Of a stretch of DNA of 64,000 nt, positions 38,058 to 48,944 are shown in pieces. The DNA is from Bispira polyomma (taxonomy: Eukaryota). Location: positions 1,860,001 through 1,924,000 of the forward strand of contig OZ287759.1 of the NCBI GenBank assembly GCA_965649765.1, given 5' to 3'. Under the pieces are notes generated by a model that made no database searches, was not told the DNA's origin, and worked only from the letters and a program-made list of their open reading frames with translations. The translations under genes were made by a program, and so were the position numbers. Within the stretch, counting starts at the first letter, position 1. Each line of letters begins with the position of its first letter.

Positions 38058-38380
38058 ATGAAGGGTAGGCTTAAAATGAATGGAGATTTTGTAAGGTTTT
38101 TATTAAGCACACACATCAAACAAAGATATGCAATAATAAAAACTTTAAATGAAAGACAGACTGGAGTAATTTGGAAATAATTCTCAATATTCTGAGATTG
38201 GTTAATTTGAAAAAGTACAAAACATAAATCAGTAAAACTTTTAGACTTTGGAAGATAATAACCAATAAAAAATGAAAAAGAAAGGAAAAGATTAAACTCC
38301 TAAAAAATAATGACAAAAAAATAATAAGTCTCTTAGATTTGTTTAGGAATGATCTATTAAATTTAATAACAGAATGAATA
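38058..38380 (+). pseudogene. Small basic Polinton ORF downstream of the ATPase, frameshifted
   Basis: MKGRLKMNGDFVRFLLSTHIKQRYAIIKTL...; position typical of Polinton core clusters; broken frame. Confidence 0.45.
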
Positions 38381-38787
38381 AATTTGTGTTGATACCTTAT
38401 GATCGATACAGAATGTTATTAGAATCAAAGGATTAGAGTAGTGGAGATAATCCAAATCCTAAAAATATGATAACTGATACAATATCAAAAGAAACTGAAG
38501 AAAAGAAAACAAAGGAAAATGAAGAAATAGAAAAAAACAATTCTAACAATTTCATTGAAAGTAAAGAGGGAAAAAAAGAGGAATTGGTACAGCATATGAC
38601 AACAGATAAATTAGATGAGAACTTGAAAAACAAGAAAGAACTAAATGAAGAGGTAAACCAAAGGCGTTTGGGACTAAAAGAAATTAAAATACCCCCACCC
38701 GGATTACCACCAAATAAAGACAAAAAGAAAACAGAAAAGGAGAATAGTGCATACAAACACTGGGTAAAAAAATGGGATAAATATTAA
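38374..38787 (+). pseudogene. Conserved small Polinton ORF preceding the integrase (one in-frame stop)
   Basis: MNKFVLIPYDRY start is in frame with ORF 38467; contains PPPGLPP and terminal W..KW..Y. Confidence 0.6.
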
Positions 38788-38835
38788 TATAAAAAGAGAA
38801 AAAAAGCCACAATATGCTTGGATTTTAAATAGACA

Positions 38836-39959
38836 ATGGACGAAAATCAGGAAAAATATCTACACAACCTTTATTACAATCCAAAAAATGCAGTGTCTTA
38901 TAGTGGTTTCAATAAATTTTATAGTTTCATCTAAAAAAACAGTCAGCAAAATTTTTCCAAAAAGGATATTAGGGAATGGTTGGGAAAACAAGATGCTTTT
39001 GTCTTGCATCGACCTGTGATAAGACATTTTAAATGTCCAATTACCATTGCAGTGAGAAAAGATCAACAATGGAATTCAGATACAGCCAATATGAGAAAGT
39101 TTGAAAAAGTCAATAAAGGTTATGGTCATTTTTGTGTAGTGATAGATACTCTAACTAGATATCTGTGGACCTTTCCAATGCAGACACTGACAGGAATAGA
39201 AATGAAAAAAGGTTTTGAAAATTTAATGAAACAGATAAAACCAAAATTTCTATTCACTGACAAAGGCAATGAGTACATGCCTAATATTTAGATTGGTTAA
39301 AGGAAAAAGGAGTTCAACATTTCATGAGCACCAATGAAACAAAGGTGGCGATGGCTGAAAGAGTAATAAAAACAATCAAACTAAAACTGTACCGAAGGAT
39401 GACAGCAGAAAACAATTATAAATGGAATGATGCGCTTGCTAGTCTCACAGAGTCCTACAACAATTCCTTTCATAGAATGATTAAAACCACTCCTTCAAAG
39501 GCGAGGGAAATGGATGATTATGAGTTATGGAAAAATCAATATATTAAAGACTACGATGTGAAAAAACCAAAATTAAAGAAACACAAAAAACCAAGATCAG
39601 AAAAATTACCTTATAAATATAAAATAGGAGATATAGTAAAGGTTGCGTATCTATCCAGACCTTTCGAGAGAGAATATGATGAGAAATATTCTGGTGAAAA
39701 TTTCACCATTGCTGATAGAAATATAAATCAGGGTAAGGCTCAGTACAAATTGAAAGATCTAAATAACGAACTAATATTGGGAAATTTTTTTAATAAGGAA
39801 TTGCAAAAGGTTTATGTTTCTAAAGAGACCACATATCGAATAGAAAAAATTCTGAAAAGTAGAAAAAGAGGGGGTAAAAAGGAATATTTAGTAAGGTGGG
39901 AAAATTATTCCTCAAAATTCGATAGCTGGGTGAAGGAAGAAGACATTCAGGATATATAA
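38836..39959 (+). pseudogene. Retroviral-like (RVE) integrase with C-terminal chromodomain
   Basis: LYYNPKNAVSYSG; DDE triad WNSD, TDKGNEY and AERVIKT; YNNSFHRMIK; chromodomain YRIEKILK..EYLVRWENYSSKFDSWV. Stop and frameshift present. Confidence 0.96.
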
Positions 39960-39997
39960 GTTAAATGTAAAACTATGCAAGGTAAAAATGAACCAAA

Positions 39998-40366
39998 ATG
40001 AATCAATTATACCTACATATTCATTCCACCGATTCGATAAATCTTCACCCACAAAATGATGCATGGGAATTTATTGTAGAAATAGTAGAGGGTATAGAAC
40101 TTGAAGGGAGATGGAAATGTGGTCTAGCAGAAATTAGATATGATAAAGAGGTTGTAGAGGAAATATATGTATATTGTGACATTGTTGATGAAAGTCTGAT
40201 TGAAGATTTTTGTAGACCTATTTTAAGAGTGGTAGATAAAGCTGAACATTACAATCAAATCTACTATAAAAGGGTGAACAGAACAAATCTAGAGAGAATT
40301 AAGGTATATATAACTAGTAAAAACTTAAAAAAACTAAACATTTCAAATACCCCTACGTGGTTTTAA
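39998..40366 (+). CDS. Minor capsid protein (penton, single jelly roll), compact; C-terminus possibly frameshifted
   Basis: LYLHIHSTDS..HPQN..EF...IELEGRWKCGLAEI..IYVYCDIV..PILR..YYKRV..I.VYI. Confidence 0.85.
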   Translation: MNQLYLHIHSTDSINLHPQNDAWEFIVEIVEGIELEGRWKCGLAEIRYDKEVVEEIYVYCDIVDESLIEDFCRPILRVVDKAEHYNQIYYKRVNRTNLERIKVYITSKNLKKLNISNTPTWF

Positions 40367-40387
40367 GTCTTCAAAAAGACAATAACA

Positions 40388-40675
40388 ATGGTTAATTGGA
40401 ATAAGGTTTGTGAAAATATGAGGGAGGGGAAATTGAGAATGGATAGAAAACTATATATGATAGGAGAACAGGCAGGTGGTGGGGGAAATAATGAAAACGA
40501 ACTAGTTAGCATAATTTCTTCTACAGAGCAGCAGGTTGATATGGCTAGATCAGAACTAAAAAAGAAACACAAAAAGGGAAAAGTAGTTAAAAGAAAAATC
40601 AAGAAAGTTACAAAGAGGAAGAAAATAAAACATAGAAAGAAAAAACAAGTTAAAAAAACAAAGAAAAGAAAATAG
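40388..40675 (+). CDS. Basic virion core-like protein with adenain-type glycine site
   Basis: QAGGGG, ISSTEQQVDMARSEL, and a Lys/Arg-rich C-terminus; located between the penton and MCP genes. Confidence 0.65.
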   Translation: MVNWNKVCENMREGKLRMDRKLYMIGEQAGGGGNNENELVSIISSTEQQVDMARSELKKKHKKGKVVKRKIKKVTKRKKIKHRKKKQVKKTKKRK

Positions 40676-40771
40676 TGAATATACCTTAAAAAATATATAC
40701 ATATATAGTGTTAGAGTCAAATAATCTTTAGTTCAATTCTTGCTTTTGAGTGAATAAAAAACAAAATTAAA

Positions 40772-42075
40772 ATGAATGTCTTACAGGAAAAGGTGGCTCT
40801 ATTTCAAAAACTTTTGATAGATCCATCAGTCCATCATATTGATTGGGTTGAATACAGACCAACCGGTCAAATTAAAAGTGGAAATGTAATTGAATTTAAT
40901 GTAACAGGGGATGGGGCGGATTATATAGATTTGAAGAAAAGTAGATTGCATATTTCAATGAAAATTACAAATAGTAATGGAAGTGACTTAGCGTCGACTG
41001 CTATAGTTGGTCCCGTCAATTTAACATTACATTCTCTCTTTCGTCAGGCAGATCTAACTCTACAGCAAATCAATATTTCACCAGGTGTTGGAATTAACTA
41101 TCCATACAAAAGTTTGATAGATGTATGGTTACATAATAGTTTTGTGAGTCAGCAGGGACAGTTGGAAAATGAATTGTTTGCAAATGACACAGCTGATACT
41201 CATAATGATGTAACTGGAGATGACAATATAGGGTTTGCTACTAGGCAAGACAGATGTGCAGCAAGCACAGTAGTGGACTTATGCGGCCCCTTACATGTGG
41301 ATATTGCCGATCAAGATAGACTCATTGTAAACAGAGTGCAGATCAATCTAAAATTATATCCCAGCACTGATAGATTCAGATTAATGACAAAGGATGGAGA
41401 TAAGGAGTATAAGATAGAAATTATTAATGCTGCTTTAAAGATCTGTCAGGTAAAATTAAGTCCCGAGCTCGTACTAGCTCATGCAAAGGCTTTGAAGGTG
41501 GGACCAGCATTATACCCTTTCTGGCAAAGCAAATTTAAGACTTTTACCATACCAAAAGGTAATATGATGTGGAGTGATGATGGAACCTTTCATGGAGAGG
41601 TTCCTAGCAAATTAATTGTGGGTTTTGTTCCAGGAGAAGGTTATAGCGGTAGCTATACTGTAAATCCATTTAAATTTCATCACTACCATTTAAATTACTT
41701 GGAATTCAGTGTAGATGGTGTGCCCGTTCCATGCAGACCACTTCGATCAAATTATAAAGAAGGATATTTGACTAACAGACCTACTTTTACTGGAGGACAA
41801 TACGCAGAAGCATATAATAGCTTGTTTTCTTTGGAGATATGGTGAAAATGAGAACAATCTTATTAAATATACAGATTATCTGAATGGATATTGTCTTTAT
41901 GTGTTTAATATAGACAGTAAATGTGAGTGGTGAACTTAAATCAGAACGTAAAAAGGGTCACACAAGAATAACTGTAAATTTTGGAAAAGCTTTAGTAGAA
42001 AGTGTAACTGCAATATTATATGCTCGTTTCCCATCTATGTTAACTATTGATGAGGCAAGAGTTGTAGAACAATGA
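40772..42075 (+). pseudogene. Major capsid protein (double jelly roll), C-terminal frameshifts
   Basis: WVEYRPT, YIDLKKSRL, PVNLTLHSLF, NYPYKS, NPFKFHHY; ends KGHTRITVNF...TIDEARVVEQ* with the stop overlapping the protease ATG. Confidence 0.93.
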
Positions 42076-42518
42076 ATACTTCTGAAATAAAAGAAAAAAT
42101 GTTGAATGATAGATTCATCAGCAAATATTATGGCGGTGTATATGCAGCAAATGAATTACCAGTAAAATTTCAAAATTTACCTAAAATTCTGATTGTAAAC
42201 ACAAAACCTTACCCTCATGAAGGGGAACATTGGGTAGCAATGTATGTAAGTAAATAAGAGGCGGAATATTTTGATTCTTTAGGTGATTTAGCTCCGAAAA
42301 GTTATGAAAATTTTCTGTTGAGACATCAGGAGAGTTATAGCAAAAATAACGCAAGAGTACAAAGTTACAAGAGCATGTTATGTGGGGAATATTGTCTATA
42401 TTACGCTTACCATAAATTTAGGGGAAAGAGCTATACTGATATCTTAAAGACTTTCGATAAAGATTATAAAGTTAATGATGTGAATATAAAATCATTTTAT
42501 ATTTCGAAATTCATTTAA
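42072..42518 (+). pseudogene. Adenain-like cysteine maturation protease (one in-frame stop)
   Basis: NT...GEHWVA, EYFDSLG, VQ...CGEYC catalytic motifs; both ORF pieces are in the same frame. Confidence 0.95.
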
Positions 42519-42571
42519 AATGCCAATGGTTTAACCTTTTAATCAATAATCATCAAAGTAGATAAATCAAT

Positions 42572-42910
42572 GCTGTCAAAGTAAATATTGACACATTATT
42601 TGGTTAAATTAACAAAGTAAATAATGATGAGGTAATTGGATAAACAAAGCTGTCAAAGTAAATAGTGAGACATTATTTGGTCAAGTTGTCAATGTAAATA
42701 ATGATGAGGTTGTTGGTTAAACAAAGCTGTCAAAGTAAATAATGAGACATTATTTGGTCAAGTTGTCAATGTAAATAATGATGAGGTTGTTGGTTAAACA
42801 AAGCTGTCAAAGTAAATAATGACAGAGTATTTGGATAAATAGTCAAAGTAAATAATGATGAGGTAATTGGTTAAACAATGCTGTCAAGGTAAATAGTGAT
42901 GATGTAATTG
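42572..42910. repeat. 77-bp tandem array (about 4.4 units, each with two related subunits)
   Basis: gctgtcaa at 42572, 42649, 42726, 42803 and 42880. Confidence 0.95.
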
Positions 42911-43025
42911 ATGAATAAATTATGAATTGTGAGTAATGTTTTGGTGAAATAAAAGAAAATGACTCAATTTTAAAAAAGGATATAAATTGGGAAAGCAACC
43001 ACATTGCAGTCAGAAAGGAAACAAG

Positions 43026-43640
43026 ATGGCAGAGAATACAACTCAAAGGAGAACAAGGGAAGATGAGACTGACTGTGTTGTTGCAGCCTCTGCATCTAGT
43101 TATAGAAGAAGAATAGATATGCAAGACAGAATAAGTGAACTGACAAAAAAGTTCTGCAATTTCCAATGTGAAGAAGAATCACTGGCTATGACTAGGGATT
43201 GGGTAGATTACAAAATCTTCAAAAACAGATTAGAAAGTTTCAGAGGTTGGCCAAAAAGTACCGGAGTGAGTGGAGAGGATGCAGCCAGGGGGGGATTTCG
43301 ATACACTGGTTAAGGTGACAGTTGTGTATGTCCGTGGTGTTACATGCAGGTGAAGAACTGGAAACACTTTGATGAACCGTTGAAAATGCACTCCAAACTC
43401 AACCCAAATTGCGAATACGTGCAAACTGTATTCCCTAGTGAATTGTCAAAAATTGAAAGAGGTAATTATAAGTTGTATCAAAATCGTCTGGAAAGCTACA
43501 GAGGGTGGAGCGATGGCAAGATAGTAAAACCAGAAAAGTTAGCCAGAGCTGGATTGATGTACACTGGTTTAGGGGACAGATGTCAGTGCCTCTGGTGTTC
43601 TATAATTTTCCATTCCTAGGAGTACCTGGACGAACCCTAA
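43026..43640 (+). pseudogene. Inhibitor of apoptosis-like protein with two BIR domains (stops; second BIR truncated)
   Basis: RLESFRGWP..AARGGFRYTG*GD..CPWC-x16-H-x6-C; RLESYRGW..LARAGLMYTGLGDRCQCLWC. Intronless. Confidence 0.93.
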
Positions 43641-43751
43641 CTTTCATGTAAATAATATTGAAAATAAAGGTAGTTTAGAAAAAATAGTTGTTCTCATTTC
43701 ACCTTTAAAGAAAAGGGAAAAAAACAACAACACAAAAACAGTAACTTTAAC

Positions 43752-44083
43752 ATGTCACATCTATTGTCAATAAACAATCCAGATTGTGATTCAAAAGCCA
43801 TTATGAGTTGGAAGAAAGAAGGTGAAGGGTTTCAAAATGCTTTAGAACTAAGAGATTTAACAGAGTTCTATAAGAACCAAATCTTTTACAAGAGTATATG
43901 TCAAAGAACTACACATTTGGTTTTGTTACATAAAATAAATATAAGTGAAAGAATTCATTTATGTTTTGAAATAAAAGAATTAACAATGAAAGAACTATTC
44001 ATTAAATGATATGACACAGACAGCAGCTACCACTTTAGCATAAAAAGAATAAAAGGTTTGAATGCGGTGAGATTAAAATTTTA
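43752..44083 (+). pseudogene. Hypothetical protein (frame continues past the TGA at 44007)
   Basis: 85-aa ORF plus 24 further open codons; no family recognised. Confidence 0.35.
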
Positions 44084-44167
44084 AAAAAGGGTTACTTGGC
44101 TATACAAATAAAGTAATAAGGTATAAGAGGGAGGTAGACTTCATAAAAATTTCATTCATTTGTAAAA

Positions 44168-44626
44168 ATGGCTCAAATAAAGACTGAGGTAGATATTGGA
44201 AAAGATATATTGGGAAGAATATTGAATATTAAAAGAAAATCTTTCAGTGAAAGAAATAAATATTTTGGTTTCAACAACATAACAATAAGAGATGAAAGCT
44301 ACAAAAAATTATTCAGAAGTATACCCACTATCAACAAGGCGATAAGGAGAGAAAATACAAAGATGTCTATTAGTGAATCTGAAAAAATTAGAATAACGAA
44401 AGAACTCTCCTATAATAAAATGGGCAAATTCAGAAAGTTTCCGAGGGATATATTATACCTTTCAATATTCAGTGGAGGGAGAGAATTCTCTCTCACTGTA
44501 AGTGATTGGCGACAAATAGTTAAAATGTGGAAGAGAGTAGAAAGGACAGAAAGCTTCTGTTACAAGAATGCTGTACTAAAAGTAGCACCTAAATTAGAAC
44601 CCATGTTCCAACTTGGAGGTTTTTAG
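44168..44626 (+). CDS. Hypothetical protein, possibly divergent tandem PC4-like fold
   Basis: Intact 152-aa ORF with upstream TATAAG. ITIRDESYKKLFRSIPTINKAI and FSLTVSDWRQIVKMW resemble the PC4 ISL..EQW..L...I..I..AI helix motif. Confidence 0.55.
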   Translation: MAQIKTEVDIGKDILGRILNIKRKSFSERNKYFGFNNITIRDESYKKLFRSIPTINKAIRRENTKMSISESEKIRITKELSYNKMGKFRKFPRDILYLSIFSGGREFSLTVSDWRQIVKMWKRVERTESFCYKNAVLKVAPKLEPMFQLGGF

Positions 44627-44672
44627 AAGAAGGTGGTAGTATGTGGAGGTAGCAAAATCCTAATGGATTCAA

Positions 44673-44805
44673 TCAAAGTAAAAAATCTATAAGAGGGCAA
44701 AAAGACTCAAGGTCACAGGCTTTTTTCATTTTGTACACAAGTACATGGGATTGGGCACAAATTGGGCACTAATCATCAGCGTGAATCACTCCCCTTACTA
44801 CTACT
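44673..44805 (-). repeat. Right terminal inverted repeat (133 bp)
   Basis: Ends CACTCCCCTTACTACTACT, followed by TSD TGTAAG. Confidence 0.98.
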
Positions 44806-45205
44806 TGTAAGGTACTCTATTACGATGATATATCGACAAAAAATTGTTTTAAAGGGCGCCAATGAAAATTTATTACAAAAAGACATTTTCGTAACTTTCT
44901 AAAGTTTAAATGTGGAATTTAATCATTTTTGAAACCAGTTATTGAGCTAAATTTACAAATTGATAAAATAGATATCTTAAACAATATTTTAGTACATACA
45001 AGTCAATTTTACACCATTTTAAACATGATTTTGAAGCGATTGTTTTGGGTACCAACTTTATACTTTTATCGTTCTTTCGTTTCAAACTTGCATTGTGACA
45101 TCATGATAGAGAGAAGGTTTTCAAATGTCAACAATGTTTACTATTTTAGGTCAGTTTTTCTTATATTTTGTTTGATTTATAACATGATAATAAAATTACT
45201 GTTCA

Positions 45206-45357
45206 GTATATACAAAGCCAATCTTCAAAAGCTCCAGACGGTTGAAATTTTTCCCTGTCACGTTTTTGGTGTCTAAAGCTATATCACTTCTCTTCAAAAT
45301 TTAAAAAGGCATCATGTTCAAGCTGAAAAGACCTATTTCACTGTTTTCGGTCACCCA
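45206..45357 (+). pseudogene. Possible NAT16/HisAT-like exon 3
   Basis: IYKANLQKLQ would continue RGQG; needs a 1-nt repair at the acceptor and contains a stop. Confidence 0.3.
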
Positions 45358-46699
45358 GTGTATTTAGCATCACTCATCAGGGCTAGTAAACTTGACTAAT
45401 GAGTATAGACCCTATCCCAACAGAAGGTTGGTTGTTTCACTCATGTAGCTCAATGTGAATCAAACAAGCTTTCTACTGATATCCATAATCAACCAAAGAT
45501 ATTCTCCTAAAAACATCACCGACACTCTCCCACCTCTACTTATGAGCTCAACTATGTATCTAAACTATTCCAATTCTTTAGCGCCATGGATTGTACGCCT
45601 TATGCCCCAGTTCCACCGGATTGACATTAGCCTATGTTAACCATGCAGGGCTCTCGCAAATATTTGTATCAAAAGTCCACATTGTAACTTGAAAACCCCA
45701 CATGGAAGTCAATTTATTTACGCCAAAGGCATTAAGCTACTTAGAGATCCACGTATTTGTACCTCATTACCTGTAAAGACACGCAGATGATGCAACGATT
45801 CACAAGGGGGCCGCGGTGGCCTACTTGTTAGCAAGCATTGCGATGCACAATCACTGGTCTCAAACGGTTATGTATGTTTATGTATATTACGTCAACTCAC
45901 TCAAATACCATGCAAACCCTACCCACATTGATATTTGTAATGACTGCTGATCTGACCGAATCTACGTGTATTTACATTAATCATGCAAGGGTCTCACAGA
46001 TATTTGATGCAAAACTATATGCAAAAGATAAATAATCTTTTGTAAGCTACGCAAAAGATGTAAACCTACACAAAAATTCACATCAATGTACATGAAAACA
46101 TACACAAATCCCTGTGGACAGTCGTGAGGATACGCATTACTGCATATCACTTTAACCTATGCTAGTCACACATAGTTTACTAGTTTACAGACATAATTAT
46201 ACACTTATTTCTATGCTACAGTGTTTGTATAATGCTGACAGTCGCTTGAGGTTGCTAGGCTACTAAAAATTTATGTTGAACCACGCTTTATTCTTACATC
46301 ATGCGTTTCAAACAGTTTGAAATTGAAAAAATTTGTTGTCCATGCAAAATTTATGCAAATTTATTTTTAAACAATATCCAGTCGATGGGACAAGTGCATT
46401 AAATGATTGGCCCTATAGAAATTTTACCTTACATTACTAGTGACATTAATCAAATATGTTACTTCATTCTCTCTATCTCATACTATTTTTGATATTCACT
46501 GGGGCCTTGTTTAGTGGAAATGCACTCGCCTCTTTGTAGTATAGTTGACGGTAGACTTGCCTCAGGCTGTGTTGGTATACCGAGCAGGAAACTTTGACCA
46601 ACTGAATGTCCTGAATTCCTCCACCAGTAAAAACTGTCAATCATGATATGACACAAGCGTTTTGGAAGTGACTTTACAAACTCAAACTAATCTAAAGGC

Positions 46700-46890
46700 T
46701 GGAGTGTCCTCGTGGTTATAAGTGTCTGCTCCACTGGTCCCTCGCCAATTCGGGTTTGAATGCCATTTGTTTCGCTGTGTAGGAAAGATTGTCAACTACT
46801 TTTAGATTGTTAGATTCAGTGCTAGTTTTCTTCCACCCATATTATCGCCATTTTAATATGATCAAAGTTGTTATAAGCAACATCATACCA
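46700..46890 (+). mobile_element. Degenerate tRNA-derived SINE
   Basis: cgtggtta..., B-box-like gggtttgaatgcc; similar to remnants at ~5930 and ~59260. Confidence 0.45.
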
Positions 46891-48203
46891 AATAACTATT
46901 CCAATATTTTTGATTTTCATAGGTGTCTTTCGTTATCTCTGACTTGTGCAAACTGTTTGGTATGTCCTGCCGAAGTTTTACGACATTACTAAGTTCCGTG
47001 GTGTGACTGTCAACATAGAGGCTTTGTTCAAGAGTAAAGGGGTGGCTCTTGTCCCCAGAACACTTCAGGTCAGTCTTTTGTTTCAAACAAAGTATTTATA
47101 AGTATACCCAACTGGTATAGCAAGTTTTTTGATAATAATGATGTCCATGTTTTCACTAAAGCCTATTGACAATATCTATTGAAGCATGGAAAAGAAAGTA
47201 AATATCAAGCATGTTACCAGCTTTCATTTTAAATTGGTGTTTTAATGTTTAGTAGAGCTGAATATACCTTTTTGGAATATCAGCGACTCAGAGGATGTTG
47301 TCATCAATGTGACCTGAGTAATTGCAAGCATTTTAAATCCAGGTATCCGTGAATTTAGTATGCAACAATCTCAGAAACTAGTCTAGCAATATGAAGGCAG
47401 AATTAAGGCAAATGTTTGAGGGAATATTGCAAATTAAGACAAAAAAGTATATTACATACAGCAATTAGACCTAAAAATTATTGTTTTGATGAAGTGATTT
47501 ATGACTACAGGCGATAATATAATAGTTTTAACTTCCTTTTTTGGATATTAGTGCCATAAGGATGTTCTTATCAATTTGGTGTTTTTTAGATGATTATTAT
47601 TATCATTATTGTGTACATTCATGTGATATCGGTTTCATAAAATAAATATATTTATCTATATGTGGCTTTGATAAAACTGTAACAGAATCACAGACACATT
47701 AATTGTGCTTCTTTTGATAGAACATATTTTGTTCAAATGTCTGGAAGTATGTTTTGTAGCATGTATACTGTTCCAACCATATGAATAGTCTATTTCAATA
47801 TGACAATATTGCAAACCAACATATTTTTGATGACAGACATTTCAAAATACCAAAGGGTGTTGCAAGAAATATGCAGCACATGGTTATAAAATACTGGATC
47901 CACCTTCTACTTTGACTTTGATATGCCACTTTGTGATTCATGCAAACGTGAACATTTGCTGATTTTAGGCAAAACATAATGGATAAACTCTAGTGCCACT
48001 AGAGAAATAATTATACATGACCACCTCTATAATCGTGTGGATGTACAGTCAGACCTGCTCGAGAAACAATCCATATAGTGAGATCACCTCTGTATAAGGA
48101 CCACATTTTCATTTTTCACGACCAATGTTCCCACCTGGCAATGAGGATAAATTTTGATGGTTTCTTTGGATGGTCTTTACATACACATTTCACTGTATTT
48201 TAG

Positions 48204-48760
48204 TCTTCTCTTCATTTCGCTTGGACAGTTCCAACAGAGGGCATAATAAGGGCCTTCCAAATCTTCGAGAACATGTTCGAAGCAACACTTCAGAAAGAAG
48301 ACCCAGTAGCAAAGGCCAGTACACTCGACCTTACCAAGCTTTTTATAAATGAAAACTTTATAGAGAAGTACATCCATAGTTGAATTGTATTGAGAGACAG
48401 TCAGACATTTGACCTGAACTACCAAGAGAATATTTCACTCTTACTGGGCGACAGGTGTGAGAATGTCTTCCTTTCACAAGGTGATAGCGGCAAAATGACC
48501 TGCGTCTTATGGGGACAGGCATTGAAATGGACATTGCTATGGATACGTACAGATACACCATTGATTACTATGGAGAGTCGGTACAGGATTCTCTGAAAGG
48601 ACATATCGCAAAGCACTTGCAAGAGATACCCAGGTTGTTTCGCAACAGCCAAATGGCGAAGGATATTTACGTCAATGTGTTTGTGTTGGCCAAAGGTTTA
48701 CATCACATGACTTACAACTCTGTTGTGGGAGTGACAAAATACCTGCAGCCAAACAAATAG
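48204..48760 (+). pseudogene. NAT16/HisAT-like terminal exon (stop + frameshift)
   Basis: Acceptor gtattttag; reads ..KYIHS*IVLRDSQTFDLNYQENISLLL.. then YRYTIDYYGESVQDSLKGHIAKHLQ, similar to the NAT16/HisAT C-terminal ID.(F/Y)G.....L..HL motif. Confidence 0.6.
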
Positions 48761-48944
48761 TAGTGAAGTCTTAGGGGCCTTTAAACTTAAAGCGTCAAGC
48801 CAAACTATAAATCTATGTTGGAAAGATAATTGAAAATTGTACACTATTGGGTTGAGTTATGATTCAAACAGTAACTTGTAAATTTAGCTTCTGTTTATTT
48901 TTATTTAATTGCTTATTTTATCTTATATGATTGGTGTAGCGCAA

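Larger units (their letters stand above)
22514..44805. mobile_element. Complete Maverick/Polinton (endogenous adintovirus-like virus), 22,292 bp
   Basis: TIRs, 6-bp TSD TGTAAG at 22508-22513 and 44806-44811, and genes for pPolB, ATPase, RVE integrase, two capsid proteins and adenain. Confidence 0.98.

Noticed and set aside
42572-42910. CRISPR-like array
   Set aside because: Whole units repeat with no unique spacers, there are no cas genes, and the context is eukaryotic.
32549-43640. Programmed frameshifting, readthrough or an alternative genetic code explaining the split core genes
   Set aside because: Lesions include all three stop codons plus indels scattered across most genes, consistent with neutral decay (or assembly error) rather than recoding.
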